IMG/VR virus record: IMGVR_UViG_3300030329_002891
DNA: 64,000 nt
Source: an uncultured virus (IMG/VR IMGVR_UViG_3300030329_002891)
Lineage: Duplodnaviria > Heunggongvirae > Uroviricota > Caudoviricetes
Strand: one strand, 5' to 3'
The position numbers and the translations under genes are program-made. Positions 34,022 through 44,631 of this stretch are shown piece by piece (positions within the stretch are counted from its first letter, which is position 1; every line of letters starts with the position of its first letter). A model generated the notes under the pieces. The model did not search any database and was not told the origin of the DNA. It saw nothing but the letters and a program-made list of their open reading frames with translations.

Positions 34022-37000
34022 ATGGCTAAGAAAAAGAAAGATATAAGCGGATATACAGAACCGCAAGGGTTTACCCACGGAATGATTAGTGATGTAGACC
34101 CTCATTTTCAATTAAAAGGAAGTTATTCTGACGCTCAAAATATAAGATTAACTAATTCCGAAGGAGATACGTTTACTGTAGAAAATATAGAAGGTAATAG
34201 TTTATTTGTTGATTTAGCAAACTTTTCAATATCTGTAAATGCAGGTCAGGGAGGGTCTTCAGATGTGTCAGACTATGGAACATTTTATGATAGAGGGCCT
34301 GATAACTCGGCATCAAATAATTTTGAGATGTCTAATAGATGTTCTATTGTAGGTCACGTCTCTTATGCAAATCAATTATTATTAATGATAGTTGGTAGAT
34401 TTGAATATGATCGTGGTTCTGACGGATCTTCATCTACACCTTTTGCCTCTCAAAAAGATAGGACAATATTTTTACTAGTTGATTTTAATGAAAATCTAAC
34501 TGTTAATAAAGTAAGTGATTTGCGTGTTTGCTACAACGCTCCTGGAGCAGGATCATGGCAATATCCAGATTTAAATATGGAATTAGATTCACCTGTAAGA
34601 ATAGAGCATATTATAGAAAACGGATGTATTTCTAGGATTTACTGGACTGATAATAAAAACCCTTTAAGAACATTAAATATTAATCAAGAAAGGCTAGATT
34701 TATTATCTATAGAAAGTTTAGATATAACACCTTTAATGAGTCCTTCACAGCCAGTATTAAATAGTACTATTAGCGGATCCTTACCTGTAGGTGTTTATCA
34801 ATATACATATAAATATATATCTGAAAATGGAGGAGAAACTAGTTTTTCACCTTTAAGTAATTTATACCATGTTTCAGACAAAGCATTTGGAAGTTCTGTA
34901 ACATATGGGGGAGGCCCTAAAGGAAATGTAGGAACACAGGGTTTTAATATAGACATTCATGATATAGACAATAAATTTGATTATGTAGAGCTATATGCTT
35001 TATTTTATGAAGATTTAAATAATCCACCTAGAGTGGCTGTAGTTAATAGATCTGTAATTACTAACTCTTTAACTGTTTCATTTACTCATGTTGGGTGGAA
35101 TAACGAATTAGAAAATGGACTAGAAGAAGTTCTTATAGCAACAAATACATGGGATGTTTGTAAAGATATTGCTATAAAAGACAATATTTTATTTGCAGCT
35201 AATTTAAAACAAAAAAGAAATTGGATTTCAGAAGAAGAGTGGAATGTCAAGGTTTTAAGACATGCACTGTTACCTGTTTCATCTCCACCTGCAGGGCAAT
35301 TCGCATTAAACGCAATGCTTACAACAAACGATCCAAATGTCAAGCATTATGACGGAAATGGAGAAATAGCAGAAGGTACTGCAGATGATAATGGAAGTAT
35401 ATGTGGGCATGGACAATTATTAGGAGCTGCAGGCACGATTTATGATTCTTCTACTCATACTTATTTAGAATATGACGGAAATTTAAATAATCCAATGTGG
35501 ACTACTTGTTACGCCCCAAAGCAAGAAGACGGTAGAGCAAAAACAAAATTTGTATTTAGATATTTATCTGACAAAAAAACACTAGGAGCAGAAAGTTTTA
35601 ATTATGGAACTAACACATTGGGAGGGTGTCGTATTACTTTTGGAATTAGTCAAAGAGAAGCTGATCAAACACAAAATACTAATACAGCTCCTTTTATAAG
35701 TGCTACATCTATGGATCCTCAAGCACTAACACTTGAGGAGAGCCCAATGGCAACAGACAATATATACGATGAAGGCTCTGGAGCTTTAGACACTAATACA
35801 AATACAGTTTTTCAAACATCAATGTCTCTAGGAGGAACAAAAGACCCTCATGCAGCTGGAGATAGAAGAGGTTATCAAAGAGGCGAGGTTTATAGATTTG
35901 GAGTGCAGGTTTATGATTTAAATGGATCTGCAGGAAACGTATTATGGATAGGAGATATACAAACTCCAGAACAATACGACCCTTTAAGAATGCTATTAAC
36001 ACAATCAGTTAATTACAGTCCAGAAAAAACTGTGTCAGAATTAATATCTGACAGTCTTTTTGCTTCACATCAAAAATGTCAAGACCATAGATTATCTTAT
36101 GTTTACGGTCATGTAGTGCCGCCTTGCGAGGTAGAATGGTTTACCCCAAGAAAAGCTGTGGGTCAAAACTCTCATTCTGATTCAGGCGCATACGTTAACA
36201 GGAATGGAGACGTGATAGATATTGATGTAAAGCCAGGCTCTAATGGAGGTTATAAAGGGACTAGTAATTCAGGACGTGTAAAAGGACTGGCATTTGGACC
36301 ATACGGAACTTATCAATCAGGCACTAGCTATATAAAGTATAAAAACAATACCGCTACAGATCCTTTTGATTTATATGATGCTTCAGTAGAAAAAAATGAT
36401 ACACATTATTTATTTGATTTGTTTATTCATTTTGAATTTGCAATACCAGAAGCTGTTTGTAAAAAAATATCAGGATTTAGAGTTGTTAGAGCAGAAAGAA
36501 AAGAAGAGGACAGAAGGGTGTCGCAGCAAGGGCTTTTAAATCAAACAGCTCAATATGGAGATGCCACAGAGCATCTTTCATACGGCTATGACGATACTAA
36601 TTTTTCTGCTGCAGACAATAAAGGTTTTGATGATGATCCTGTGTTTGTTAATCAATTAGCTGGAGACGGAGAAGATCCTACGCCTGTAGAACAGCCAGAA
36701 TACAATACGTATTTAAATGGGTATTTAGGTTTAGCTGAAAATTCTTTTTCGGCATGGATGCAACAAGACTTTACAAAACAAGATGGTAAAACTACTGTAG
36801 GAGGAAATACAGAAGAAAGAGTGTATTATCATCCAGAAACTGAAGATTCAAAGCAATGGGGTGCTCATAAACAAATGTATGCTGTTCCAAATCACAGGAA
36901 TCCTGCAGCATGGTTTGGGCCAGGAACATCCTGTAAAGATCAAGGCTTAGCTAGACATTGTAATTATTTTGGAGGATTAAATCATCATTCTTATAAATAC

Positions 37001-40000
37001 AATAATCAAAATGGAGATGAAATGATAAACCGTGGAAGAAATGCGGGTAATGCTCACGTAAGCGGAAGTGTATTTACATTAGATTCTCCAGATAGTGCTT
37101 TTGGCGTTAGGCCATATAGCTTTAAAAGTGGAGACATGTTAAGAATAGATTGTGTTTTAAAATTAACAGATTCTGAACGTTTTATAACTGCCGATTCTTC
37201 ACTTTCTGATATTCCAGTTAATGGTTTTCATGGTCATAATTTAAGAGTGGGTCAGGACTCCTCATTAAATCCTGGTTATCTGTCTGGAGGACCGCATGAA
37301 GGTACTTATGGTTTTGGTTTATATACTGGAGGAACAGATGACGCTCGTGAATTAACAAACTTCCCGTATGCTAAAGATAAAACAATACAAGAAAGCTTAA
37401 GATTTGCGTCTAGATATGATATAAATGAAAATTATGGAATTTTAATTGGAAAGTATTATTGTTGGGACACAGGATATGGTATTCAGTTAGAGATGAATAA
37501 CGGCGCAACTTATGGAGATAATAATGGTAATTCCCATTTAGGCAACAGACCAGCAACTTCTAACGGGTTTATGCTGCCTATAAGCAACGCTAAAGAATTA
37601 AGCGATGGAGAAATCGTTCCATCAGGATTTTTTAAAAATAGCAGAAAAGTAAAAAAAGGTAGAGCTTTAGGATTTTCTAATAATACTTTAGGGTATGTTA
37701 AAACTAGAAATACAAACGAAAAAGCATGTTATATATTTGGAGCAGTAGACAAAAAGATTTCAAGATATAATGGAGAAGATGCAGGATCTATTTACGGTTC
37801 AGATGGAACTTTAGATTGGGACGAAGAAAAACAAGCTAAAGATTTTAATTACGATACAGTCTCAACATTACAAATGGGACTAAGAAGTATTTTAATTGAG
37901 GTAAATAATGAAATAAAAAATGTAAGAAAATTTGGTCCTGGCGATGGAGATAGTCGTTTTACTGTTGATTGGAGTCAAGCGTCTGCAGTAAACTTTTTGC
38001 ATGACTCTTGGTTTGCGCCAGAAAATTTATCTGTTATAGCAACAATGGGAAATTGGAACGGCTATGAAAATGATGGTCAATCAGTGCATTATGGTGATCG
38101 TAGCGGTTATCCTACAAACGAAGCAGTTGTAGCAAGTCATAATCAGCAAAATTATACAAATGGATCAAAAGGAGATACAAATGGATTTGTTCCAGGCGAA
38201 GGTATAAACAGAACAGGATGTGCAGCTACGTGGAATAGAGGTTACCATCCTCATAAATATCTATGCTCTATTATTAGAAAGGTAACGCCATATGGAGGGC
38301 ACAATAAATCTGCAATAGAATCTACTAGATATATTTCTTGTGGTAATTTTCATCCAGTTAAACAAGATGTAGATGGAATGCAATGGCACACTTCTAAAGT
38401 TTTTGGGGGAGATACTTTTATAAATTTATATTCACATCAAAAAACATCAACACCATATATGAAAAAATCTATGGCGAGATGGCAGGTGTTTCCTGTAGAA
38501 TCATATGTAAATACAGACATGAGAAGTGGATTAACTTTAAATAACGGAGATGCAGAAATAGGTAAAGAAATGAATAAAGCTCCATACAGCAATGATTGGT
38601 TATACAACTCTGTTTATTCACAAGAAAATACAATAAAATCAGGATTAATGATTGACGAAAGTCAAAGTTGTGAAAATTTAGAATTACCATATGAAATAGC
38701 TTACTCTAACACAAAGGTATCTGGAGAGCCTGGAGATTCTTTTAGAAATTTTCCTATTAATCAATTTCACGACATGGAGGGTCTTTATGGAGAGATTAAT
38801 AGAATAATAAACTTTAAAAATGAAATATACGTTTTACAAGATTCTGCTTTTGCAAAACTTCTTGTAAATCCTTTATCTATGTTAAGTGATGATACAGGAA
38901 CGTCTTTATTTACTGGAACTGGAGAAACAGTAGAAAATCATATTTATATATCTACTAAGTACGGATCTAGACATAGGTCAAGTGTTACAATGAGTGAAAA
39001 ATCATTATATTTTGTAGACACTAATTTTGCAAGATTATTTAAGTATGATACAGAGCAATTAACATCACTAGGAGATGCTCTTGGTCAAAGAAATTATTTA
39101 AAATATATTATTAAAGATTGGGAAAATGTTGCTAAAAAAATCTGTAGTAAAAGCCATCCTGCTCCACCATGGGATGTATCAGGAGATCAACTTCATAGTC
39201 CCTTAAGGGGAAAATTAGATAGTTTGAAAAAAACGCCAAATAGTAGAAATTATTTTGCTGATAATCCTTTAAAGTTTTTAGGAATAACGTCAATTTTTGA
39301 TCATAAAAATAAAGAGCTTTTAGTTACGTTTCATAACTCTGCTTGGAAAGATTTAGATGACAAAAGGTTAACATTTGCAGATCCTATGGATAATCACTCT
39401 ATGGGTAATCCAGCTGATGGGCAGCCTATTAAAATTTCACAAACATTAGTTTATAATGAAAGTGTTAATGCTTTTACATCAAAATATTCTGTAGCTCCTC
39501 CACAATGGCTTACTGGAGGCCAAGGCTCGTTTATTTTATGTCCAGAAAATGAAATAGATGTAACATCAATATCTTATAGAAGTGGTGATCTTAATGACGA
39601 GCCTTATGAAATTTACGGTAGTAGTCAGGGAGGCTTACATGGTTTAAATGGCAGATGGTATATAAATTATAGACCAAATCCTTTGAGATTATGGTTGTGG
39701 GATCATCATGAAGAAGGTAAAAAAACAAATTTCTTTGGAAAAAAAGACGATACTTTAGAGGTAGATGACACTGGTCTAGGTCCAGACGTAGAATCACCTA
39801 TAGATGGAAATGATTACATGTCAATGTCAACTGTAGAGCTTGCTGGAACAAAATATGTTGCTGATGAAAGTTATATAGAAAAAGTAATTAATGATGACGC
39901 AGGAAATAAGAAAACATTTGATAATGTAAGAATAATTATGACCCCTTCCGATACTCCTTTTGAAAATGAGTTAGGGTATTCAGTTGTTGATTTTCGTACA

Positions 40001-42007
40001 GAGGTGACAGATTATCAACACTTAGTAATAAAAAATAGATTTGAATTTCAAGATGGTACAGATGGCTGGGTATTTTGGGACGGAACACAAAATATAAATG
40101 CCCAGATATTTTCTCCTGCAATAATAACAGGCTGTACAGATGATGCAGCAGTAAACTATAATCCTAATGCTAACAGTGATGACGGAAGTTGTATTGCTGC
40201 TCTTGACGGCTGTACAGATCCCGCAATGTTTAATTACAATCCTAACGCAAATAATGACGATGGCTCTTGTATAGCTTATGTGTACGGCTGTACAGATATT
40301 AACGCTTTCAATTATGATGCGAATGCTAATACTGACGATAATTCATGTTGTTATGCTTCAGGATGTACAGATCCTACCGCTTGTAATTATGACTCTAACG
40401 CTTGTTATGATGACGGAAGCTGTCTACATAATTTTGGATGTACAGATCCTACTGCTGCTAATTATGATAATGCAGCTGATTGTGATGATGGAAGTTGTTG
40501 TTATATTTCTGGATGTACTGACCCTACAGCGTGTAATTACGATTCAAATGCTTGTCATGATGATGGTAATTGTACATATGCAGCAGCTAACGCTGACTGT
40601 AACGGCAATTGTTTAGGGGGATACGTAGATGTTAATGGAACGTGCGTTTCAGAAGTTTTAGGATGTACAGATCCTGGAGCCTCTAATTATAACCCATCAG
40701 CAAACCTTGATAACGGTTCATGTATTCCATGTGTATACGGGTGTACAGATCCAACAGCTTTTAATTATAATCCAAACGCTAATTGTAACGATCCAAATAA
40801 TCCATGTCAAGCAATAGTAAATGGTTGTACAGACCCAGCGGCTACTAATTATAATTCTAATGCAAATACAGATGATGGAAGCTGTTGTTACACTGGTACC
40901 AATGGATGTACAGATCCAAATGCATGCAACTATGATGCAAATGCACTTTGTGATGATGGGTCGTGTACATATCCTATTGCAAATGCAGATTGTAATGGAT
41001 GTCTTCCATCATTTACAGATGTTAATGGAAGCTGTGTTCCTACAATGTTAGGTTGTACAGACCCAACAGCTGATAATTACAATCCAGCGGCAAATACTGA
41101 TGATGGTTCTTGTACTTATGGTAGTGTTTTAGGTTGTACAGATTCTAATGCTTGTAATTATGATCCATTAGCCACTACTGATGATGGAAGCTGTCTTACG
41201 CCAGACGGCTGTACGGATCCAGCATATGTTGAATATGATCCTAATGCGCAGTGCGATGACGGAAGTTGTACTACCTTATGTGTAGATGGCTGTACAGATT
41301 CTGCATTTACCGAATATAATCCTTCTGCTACGTGTGATGATGGCTCTTGCTCTACTGCAGTAGTACTAGGATGTACAGATCCTACACAGTTTAACTACGA
41401 TCCTAATGCAAATACTGATGACGGTTCATGTGTACCAATAGTAAATGGTTGTACAGATCCAACAGCTGACAATTATGATTCAGCAGCAAATACTGACGAT
41501 GGTTCTTGTACTTACACATCAACTCCTGGAGTAACAGCTTTTTGTAATCCTACTGGATATAGCCAAGCGGTCGGCTGTTATTACTGTTACAATTCGCATA
41601 ATATATCATCTAATAACCCCAACAGAAATCAGGGTAGTAAGTATGATGCCGTGAGTATTATTGCTAACAGTAGTAATATAGGCGTAACTTGGACTTATAA
41701 TGGAATTAATTATAGTGCAACAGCAGAAATAGATATGTGGAAAGATCTCAATACAGGACTTACTGTATACCCTTCTTCTGCTAATGGGCATAGCGTAGCT
41801 GACTATATAAACGGAACTGGATCGGTGTATAATGGAAACCCTCATCCTGCACCAAACTTTGCAGTAAGAAGGTTTTATGTACGTGATGTAGGAAGATTAG
41901 GGCAACCTCATACAAATTGCCAAACTTGTGCATATCAACAAGGTACAGATTTTGAAGCATCTACAACATTTACTCTTGATGCTCCAACTAACCCTTATAA
42001 TTTATAA
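34022..42007 (+). CDS. Tail stabilisation (muzzle-like) protein, N-terminal part, with Cys-rich repeats
   Basis: FTHGMISD...AQNIRL...IYWTDNKNPLR...GVYQYTY...GYQRGEVYRFG...FGGDTFI...YISTKYGS; GCTD repeats near the C-terminus. Confidence 0.8.
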   Translation: MAKKKKDISGYTEPQGFTHGMISDVDPHFQLKGSYSDAQNIRLTNSEGDTFTVENIEGNSLFVDLANFSISVNAGQGGSSDVSDYGTFYDRGPDNSASNNFEMSNRCSIVGHVSYANQLLLMIVGRFEYDRGSDGSSSTPFASQKDRTIFLLVDFNENLTVNKVSDLRVCYNAPGAGSWQYPDLNMELDSPVRIEHIIENGCISRIYWTDNKNPLRTLNINQERLDLLSIESLDITPLMSPSQPVLNSTISGSLPVGVYQYTYKYISENGGETSFSPLSNLYHVSDKAFGSSVTYGGGPKGNVGTQGFNIDIHDIDNKFDYVELYALFYEDLNNPPRVAVVNRSVITNSLTVSFTHVGWNNELENGLEEVLIATNTWDVCKDIAIKDNILFAANLKQKRNWISEEEWNVKVLRHALLPVSSPPAGQFALNAMLTTNDPNVKHYDGNGEIAEGTADDNGSICGHGQLLGAAGTIYDSSTHTYLEYDGNLNNPMWTTCYAPKQEDGRAKTKFVFRYLSDKKTLGAESFNYGTNTLGGCRITFGISQREADQTQNTNTAPFISATSMDPQALTLEESPMATDNIYDEGSGALDTNTNTVFQTSMSLGGTKDPHAAGDRRGYQRGEVYRFGVQVYDLNGSAGNVLWIGDIQTPEQYDPLRMLLTQSVNYSPEKTVSELISDSLFASHQKCQDHRLSYVYGHVVPPCEVEWFTPRKAVGQNSHSDSGAYVNRNGDVIDIDVKPGSNGGYKGTSNSGRVKGLAFGPYGTYQSGTSYIKYKNNTATDPFDLYDASVEKNDTHYLFDLFIHFEFAIPEAVCKKISGFRVVRAERKEEDRRVSQQGLLNQTAQYGDATEHLSYGYDDTNFSAADNKGFDDDPVFVNQLAGDGEDPTPVEQPEYNTYLNGYLGLAENSFSAWMQQDFTKQDGKTTVGGNTEERVYYHPETEDSKQWGAHKQMYAVPNHRNPAAWFGPGTSCKDQGLARHCNYFGGLNHHSYKYNNQNGDEMINRGRNAGNAHVSGSVFTLDSPDSAFGVRPYSFKSGDMLRIDCVLKLTDSERFITADSSLSDIPVNGFHGHNLRVGQDSSLNPGYLSGGPHEGTYGFGLYTGGTDDARELTNFPYAKDKTIQESLRFASRYDINENYGILIGKYYCWDTGYGIQLEMNNGATYGDNNGNSHLGNRPATSNGFMLPISNAKELSDGEIVPSGFFKNSRKVKKGRALGFSNNTLGYVKTRNTNEKACYIFGAVDKKISRYNGEDAGSIYGSDGTLDWDEEKQAKDFNYDTVSTLQMGLRSILIEVNNEIKNVRKFGPGDGDSRFTVDWSQASAVNFLHDSWFAPENLSVIATMGNWNGYENDGQSVHYGDRSGYPTNEAVVASHNQQNYTNGSKGDTNGFVPGEGINRTGCAATWNRGYHPHKYLCSIIRKVTPYGGHNKSAIESTRYISCGNFHPVKQDVDGMQWHTSKVFGGDTFINLYSHQKTSTPYMKKSMARWQVFPVESYVNTDMRSGLTLNNGDAEIGKEMNKAPYSNDWLYNSVYSQENTIKSGLMIDESQSCENLELPYEIAYSNTKVSGEPGDSFRNFPINQFHDMEGLYGEINRIINFKNEIYVLQDSAFAKLLVNPLSMLSDDTGTSLFTGTGETVENHIYISTKYGSRHRSSVTMSEKSLYFVDTNFARLFKYDTEQLTSLGDALGQRNYLKYIIKDWENVAKKICSKSHPAPPWDVSGDQLHSPLRGKLDSLKKTPNSRNYFADNPLKFLGITSIFDHKNKELLVTFHNSAWKDLDDKRLTFADPMDNHSMGNPADGQPIKISQTLVYNESVNAFTSKYSVAPPQWLTGGQGSFILCPENEIDVTSISYRSGDLNDEPYEIYGSSQGGLHGLNGRWYINYRPNPLRLWLWDHHEEGKKTNFFGKKDDTLEVDDTGLGPDVESPIDGNDYMSMSTVELAGTKYVADESYIEKVINDDAGNKKTFDNVRIIMTPSDTPFENELGYSVVDFRTEVTDYQHLVIKNRFEFQDGTDGWVFWDGTQNINAQIFSPAIITGCTDDAAVNYNPNANSDDGSCIAALDGCTDPAMFNYNPNANNDDGSCIAYVYGCTDINAFNYDANANTDDNSCCYASGCTDPTACNYDSNACYDDGSCLHNFGCTDPTAANYDNAADCDDGSCCYISGCTDPTACNYDSNACHDDGNCTYAAANADCNGNCLGGYVDVNGTCVSEVLGCTDPGASNYNPSANLDNGSCIPCVYGCTDPTAFNYNPNANCNDPNNPCQAIVNGCTDPAATNYNSNANTDDGSCCYTGTNGCTDPNACNYDANALCDDGSCTYPIANADCNGCLPSFTDVNGSCVPTMLGCTDPTADNYNPAANTDDGSCTYGSVLGCTDSNACNYDPLATTDDGSCLTPDGCTDPAYVEYDPNAQCDDGSCTTLCVDGCTDSAFTEYNPSATCDDGSCSTAVVLGCTDPTQFNYDPNANTDDGSCVPIVNGCTDPTADNYDSAANTDDGSCTYTSTPGVTAFCNPTGYSQAVGCYYCYNSHNISSNNPNRNQGSKYDAVSIIANSSNIGVTWTYNGINYSATAEIDMWKDLNTGLTVYPSSANGHSVADYINGTGSVYNGNPHPAPNFAVRRFYVRDVGRLGQPHTNCQTCAYQQGTDFEASTTFTLDAPTNPYNL
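40130..41509 (+). repeat. 16 in-frame GCTDPxAxNYxxxAxxDDGSC repeats
   Basis: Counted in the translation; unit about 25-28 aa, two with longer Cys-containing linkers. Confidence 0.9.
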
Positions 42008-42008
42008 T

Positions 42009-42572
42009 ATGATACAATTAGATTTTTCAGGATCAGGACAGGGTAAGTTTAGAAGCCCACAAAAAGACAGAGCTTTAAATATTGATGGAGCTCAAAACTA
42101 TATTATAAGAGCAAGAATAAATAGAGTTGGAGCGGGTGATTGGAATGGTACAGTTCGCTGGTATGGAGAATTAAAAGAGCCAGCAATACTACCTTTAACA
42201 ACAGCAACTTTAATACGTAAAGAAAGTAATACTAGGCAAAAAACAATAAGCGAACCAGAAAATTTAGATACTGATTTTGTTATTGTAGAATGGGATATGA
42301 GTGATGTTGATAAATGGAAGGACTGTATAATAAAACAAATAAATATAATTTTTGAAAATACAGGATCAAATGCAACGTATTATGTAGATTGGGTAGAAAT
42401 AGGCGGAGATGCTCCTTCAAAATACGAAGATGGTATATTAAGTTTTCCTTTAAGAACTAACGAATCAGCTAAAAGATTAAAGGGAACTTGGGCAAAAATA
42501 AAATATAGAGCAAAAACTACAGATAAATTTAATATCTTTGCAATACTTGCAAAGTACAGAGAAACTTATTAA
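42009..42572 (+). CDS. C-terminal part of the muzzle-like protein with a CBM-like beta-sandwich (likely start 42009)
   Basis: TAA-T-ATG coupling; YYVDWVEIG followed by KYEDGILSFPLR...RLKGTWAKIKY. Confidence 0.6.
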   Translation: MIQLDFSGSGQGKFRSPQKDRALNIDGAQNYIIRARINRVGAGDWNGTVRWYGELKEPAILPLTTATLIRKESNTRQKTISEPENLDTDFVIVEWDMSDVDKWKDCIIKQINIIFENTGSNATYYVDWVEIGGDAPSKYEDGILSFPLRTNESAKRLKGTWAKIKYRAKTTDKFNIFAILAKYRETY

Positions 42573-42582
42573 AAAATAAATT

Positions 42583-44631
42583 ATGGCGTATACAGACGTA
42601 ATAAAAGCTATACAAGATTTAAAAGCCGCTGGAGTTAATTCGCCAGAATTAGAGAATAAAGCGGCGGACTCAAAAGGAATAAATCCATATTCTTCTGCTG
42701 CCTATGGATTTTCTGCAGATAGTATATATAAAGATGTTCCAGAAGTAACAGATCCTAGAACCTTATATCGTAGGTACGGTAAAGGTAATTGGATGACTCA
42801 AGGAGGTCAAGGCTTAATGGGTTATAAAATGGGAGCTGGATTAGATCCGTTTGCTAAAGATATTGCTGGAACTTTTGGTGCAAGTTTTGGAGACAATTGG
42901 TCAGGCTTTGGTCCTGCAGGAGCACTGTATGGAGCTACACAAAATCAAAATCCTTATGACTTTACACAAACGGAAAAATTAGGAACTATTGGAACTACAG
43001 CTCTAGCCGCTCGTTCATTAGCACCTATGTTAAATCCTGTTATTGGTAAAGCGCTTAGCATGCCTTTAGCTGGAAGCGCTGCTGCTACTGCTGCAGGTGT
43101 AGCTGGTACCGCCCCAATATTAGGAATGCATCCAGCTCTTTTAGTAGGGAGTTTACTTTTAGGAAATATGTTTGCTAAGAAAAAGAAAAGAAGGGCGCAA
43201 AAAGCAAATGAAGAGGCTATAGAATCTGTAAACGAACAAAGAAGAGAAGGATACGAATCAAGATCTGAAAAGTTAATAGAAGCTAGAGAAGAGCGTGACG
43301 CATCTTTTGCAGAGCAGCTACACGCGCAAGAAGCTGGAAGATACGCAAATCAATATGGTGGTAATTATAATAGACCTATGGCAGAAAAAGGAATGAAGTT
43401 TACGCCGAAAGAAATGAAAAAAATGGCAAAAGCAGGTAGAAATGGAGACACTATGTTGGCGCATATAAACCCACAAGAAGCTGCTTTATTAAAAGCGTTA
43501 GGAGGAAGTGGTACAATAAATCCTTATACTGGAATGCCTGAATACTTTTTTAGAAGATTTTTTAGAAGTTTAGGAAACGCATTAACAGGAGGTGCTAGTG
43601 CGGTAAATAACGCTCTTAATACTATTGGCGTAACTGATGCTTTAAGCACAGGTTTTGGTGCAGTAAATCAAGCTTTAGACCCAGTTCATAACGTTGCTCA
43701 TAATGTTGTAAGTACAGCTGGAGACTTAACAAATACTGCTATAGAACAAGCTGTAGACGCTGGAGTGGAAACATTAAAAGCAGGAGGTGGTTTAGCTAGT
43801 GACACTATGAAACAAGCAAATAAAGTTATAGAGCCAGTCTTAAGACCAATCATGGAAAAAGGAATGGATATTGCAAACCCTATAATGGATGTAATAGAAG
43901 ATGTAACTACCCCAGCAATGGGCTTTTTACATGATACAGCAAAAATGGGTATTGAAGGATTTTTTGACGTAACAAAAGATGTGGGTCATGGGGTAATTGA
44001 TTTTTTAGACGAAAATCTTAGACCTATATTATTTGGTAGCCCGTCATCAGCACCTCCAGGGCTAGTAGGAAAACAGCAACAACAAAAAATAGATCGTAAA
44101 AATTTAAGCAGAAACCAAGCAGTAGATAGTGCAGAAGGTCCTACTGGAGAATCTATGTTAAGCGGATTAAAGCAACAGGCTGGAGGTGAAAAGCTTGATT
44201 TTGCTGATGCTGGATGGCTGTCCGATAAAGATAATCCTTATATTAGAGAGAATGTTGAAATGTATGATAAAGGAGGTAAGGCTAATATAGTTGCTGAATT
44301 TACAGGAAATGAATTAATAGTAAATAATCAAGATGCTGTAGAAAAAGGTTTGGCTTCTGGAAATTATGCTAAAGCAGCCGCACCTATTAGACAAGCAATG
44401 AAAAGAGGATACGTAACCCCTGGTATAGAAACTCATAGAGGCAATCCAATGCCTGTTGATGAATCAGGAACTATATATACTAAAGGTGGTAAATTAAAGT
44501 TTAAAGTAAATAAAGGTGCAGGTATATACGATCATGCTACAGATCAATTCAAACCCAATATGACAGATAAAGAAATAGCAATGGTAGCTAAAAAGAATAT
44601 TGCTAAGTGGAAATCAAATGGAATGGCATAA
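42583..44631 (+). CDS. Internal virion (cargo/ejection) protein
   Basis: Gly/Ala-rich hydrophobic segment, GRNGDTMLAHINPQEA motif, AEFTGNELIV...THRGNP motif. Confidence 0.6.
   Translation: MAYTDVIKAIQDLKAAGVNSPELENKAADSKGINPYSSAAYGFSADSIYKDVPEVTDPRTLYRRYGKGNWMTQGGQGLMGYKMGAGLDPFAKDIAGTFGASFGDNWSGFGPAGALYGATQNQNPYDFTQTEKLGTIGTTALAARSLAPMLNPVIGKALSMPLAGSAAATAAGVAGTAPILGMHPALLVGSLLLGNMFAKKKKRRAQKANEEAIESVNEQRREGYESRSEKLIEAREERDASFAEQLHAQEAGRYANQYGGNYNRPMAEKGMKFTPKEMKKMAKAGRNGDTMLAHINPQEAALLKALGGSGTINPYTGMPEYFFRRFFRSLGNALTGGASAVNNALNTIGVTDALSTGFGAVNQALDPVHNVAHNVVSTAGDLTNTAIEQAVDAGVETLKAGGGLASDTMKQANKVIEPVLRPIMEKGMDIANPIMDVIEDVTTPAMGFLHDTAKMGIEGFFDVTKDVGHGVIDFLDENLRPILFGSPSSAPPGLVGKQQQQKIDRKNLSRNQAVDSAEGPTGESMLSGLKQQAGGEKLDFADAGWLSDKDNPYIRENVEMYDKGGKANIVAEFTGNELIVNNQDAVEKGLASGNYAKAAAPIRQAMKRGYVTPGIETHRGNPMPVDESGTIYTKGGKLKFKVNKGAGIYDHATDQFKPNMTDKEIAMVAKKNIAKWKSNGMA

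Noticed and set aside
40278..41051. Alternative-frame ORFs 40278-40616 and 40821-41051
   Set aside because: They are by-products of the repetitive GCTD coding sequence and have an implausible Met/Leu/Ile-rich composition.
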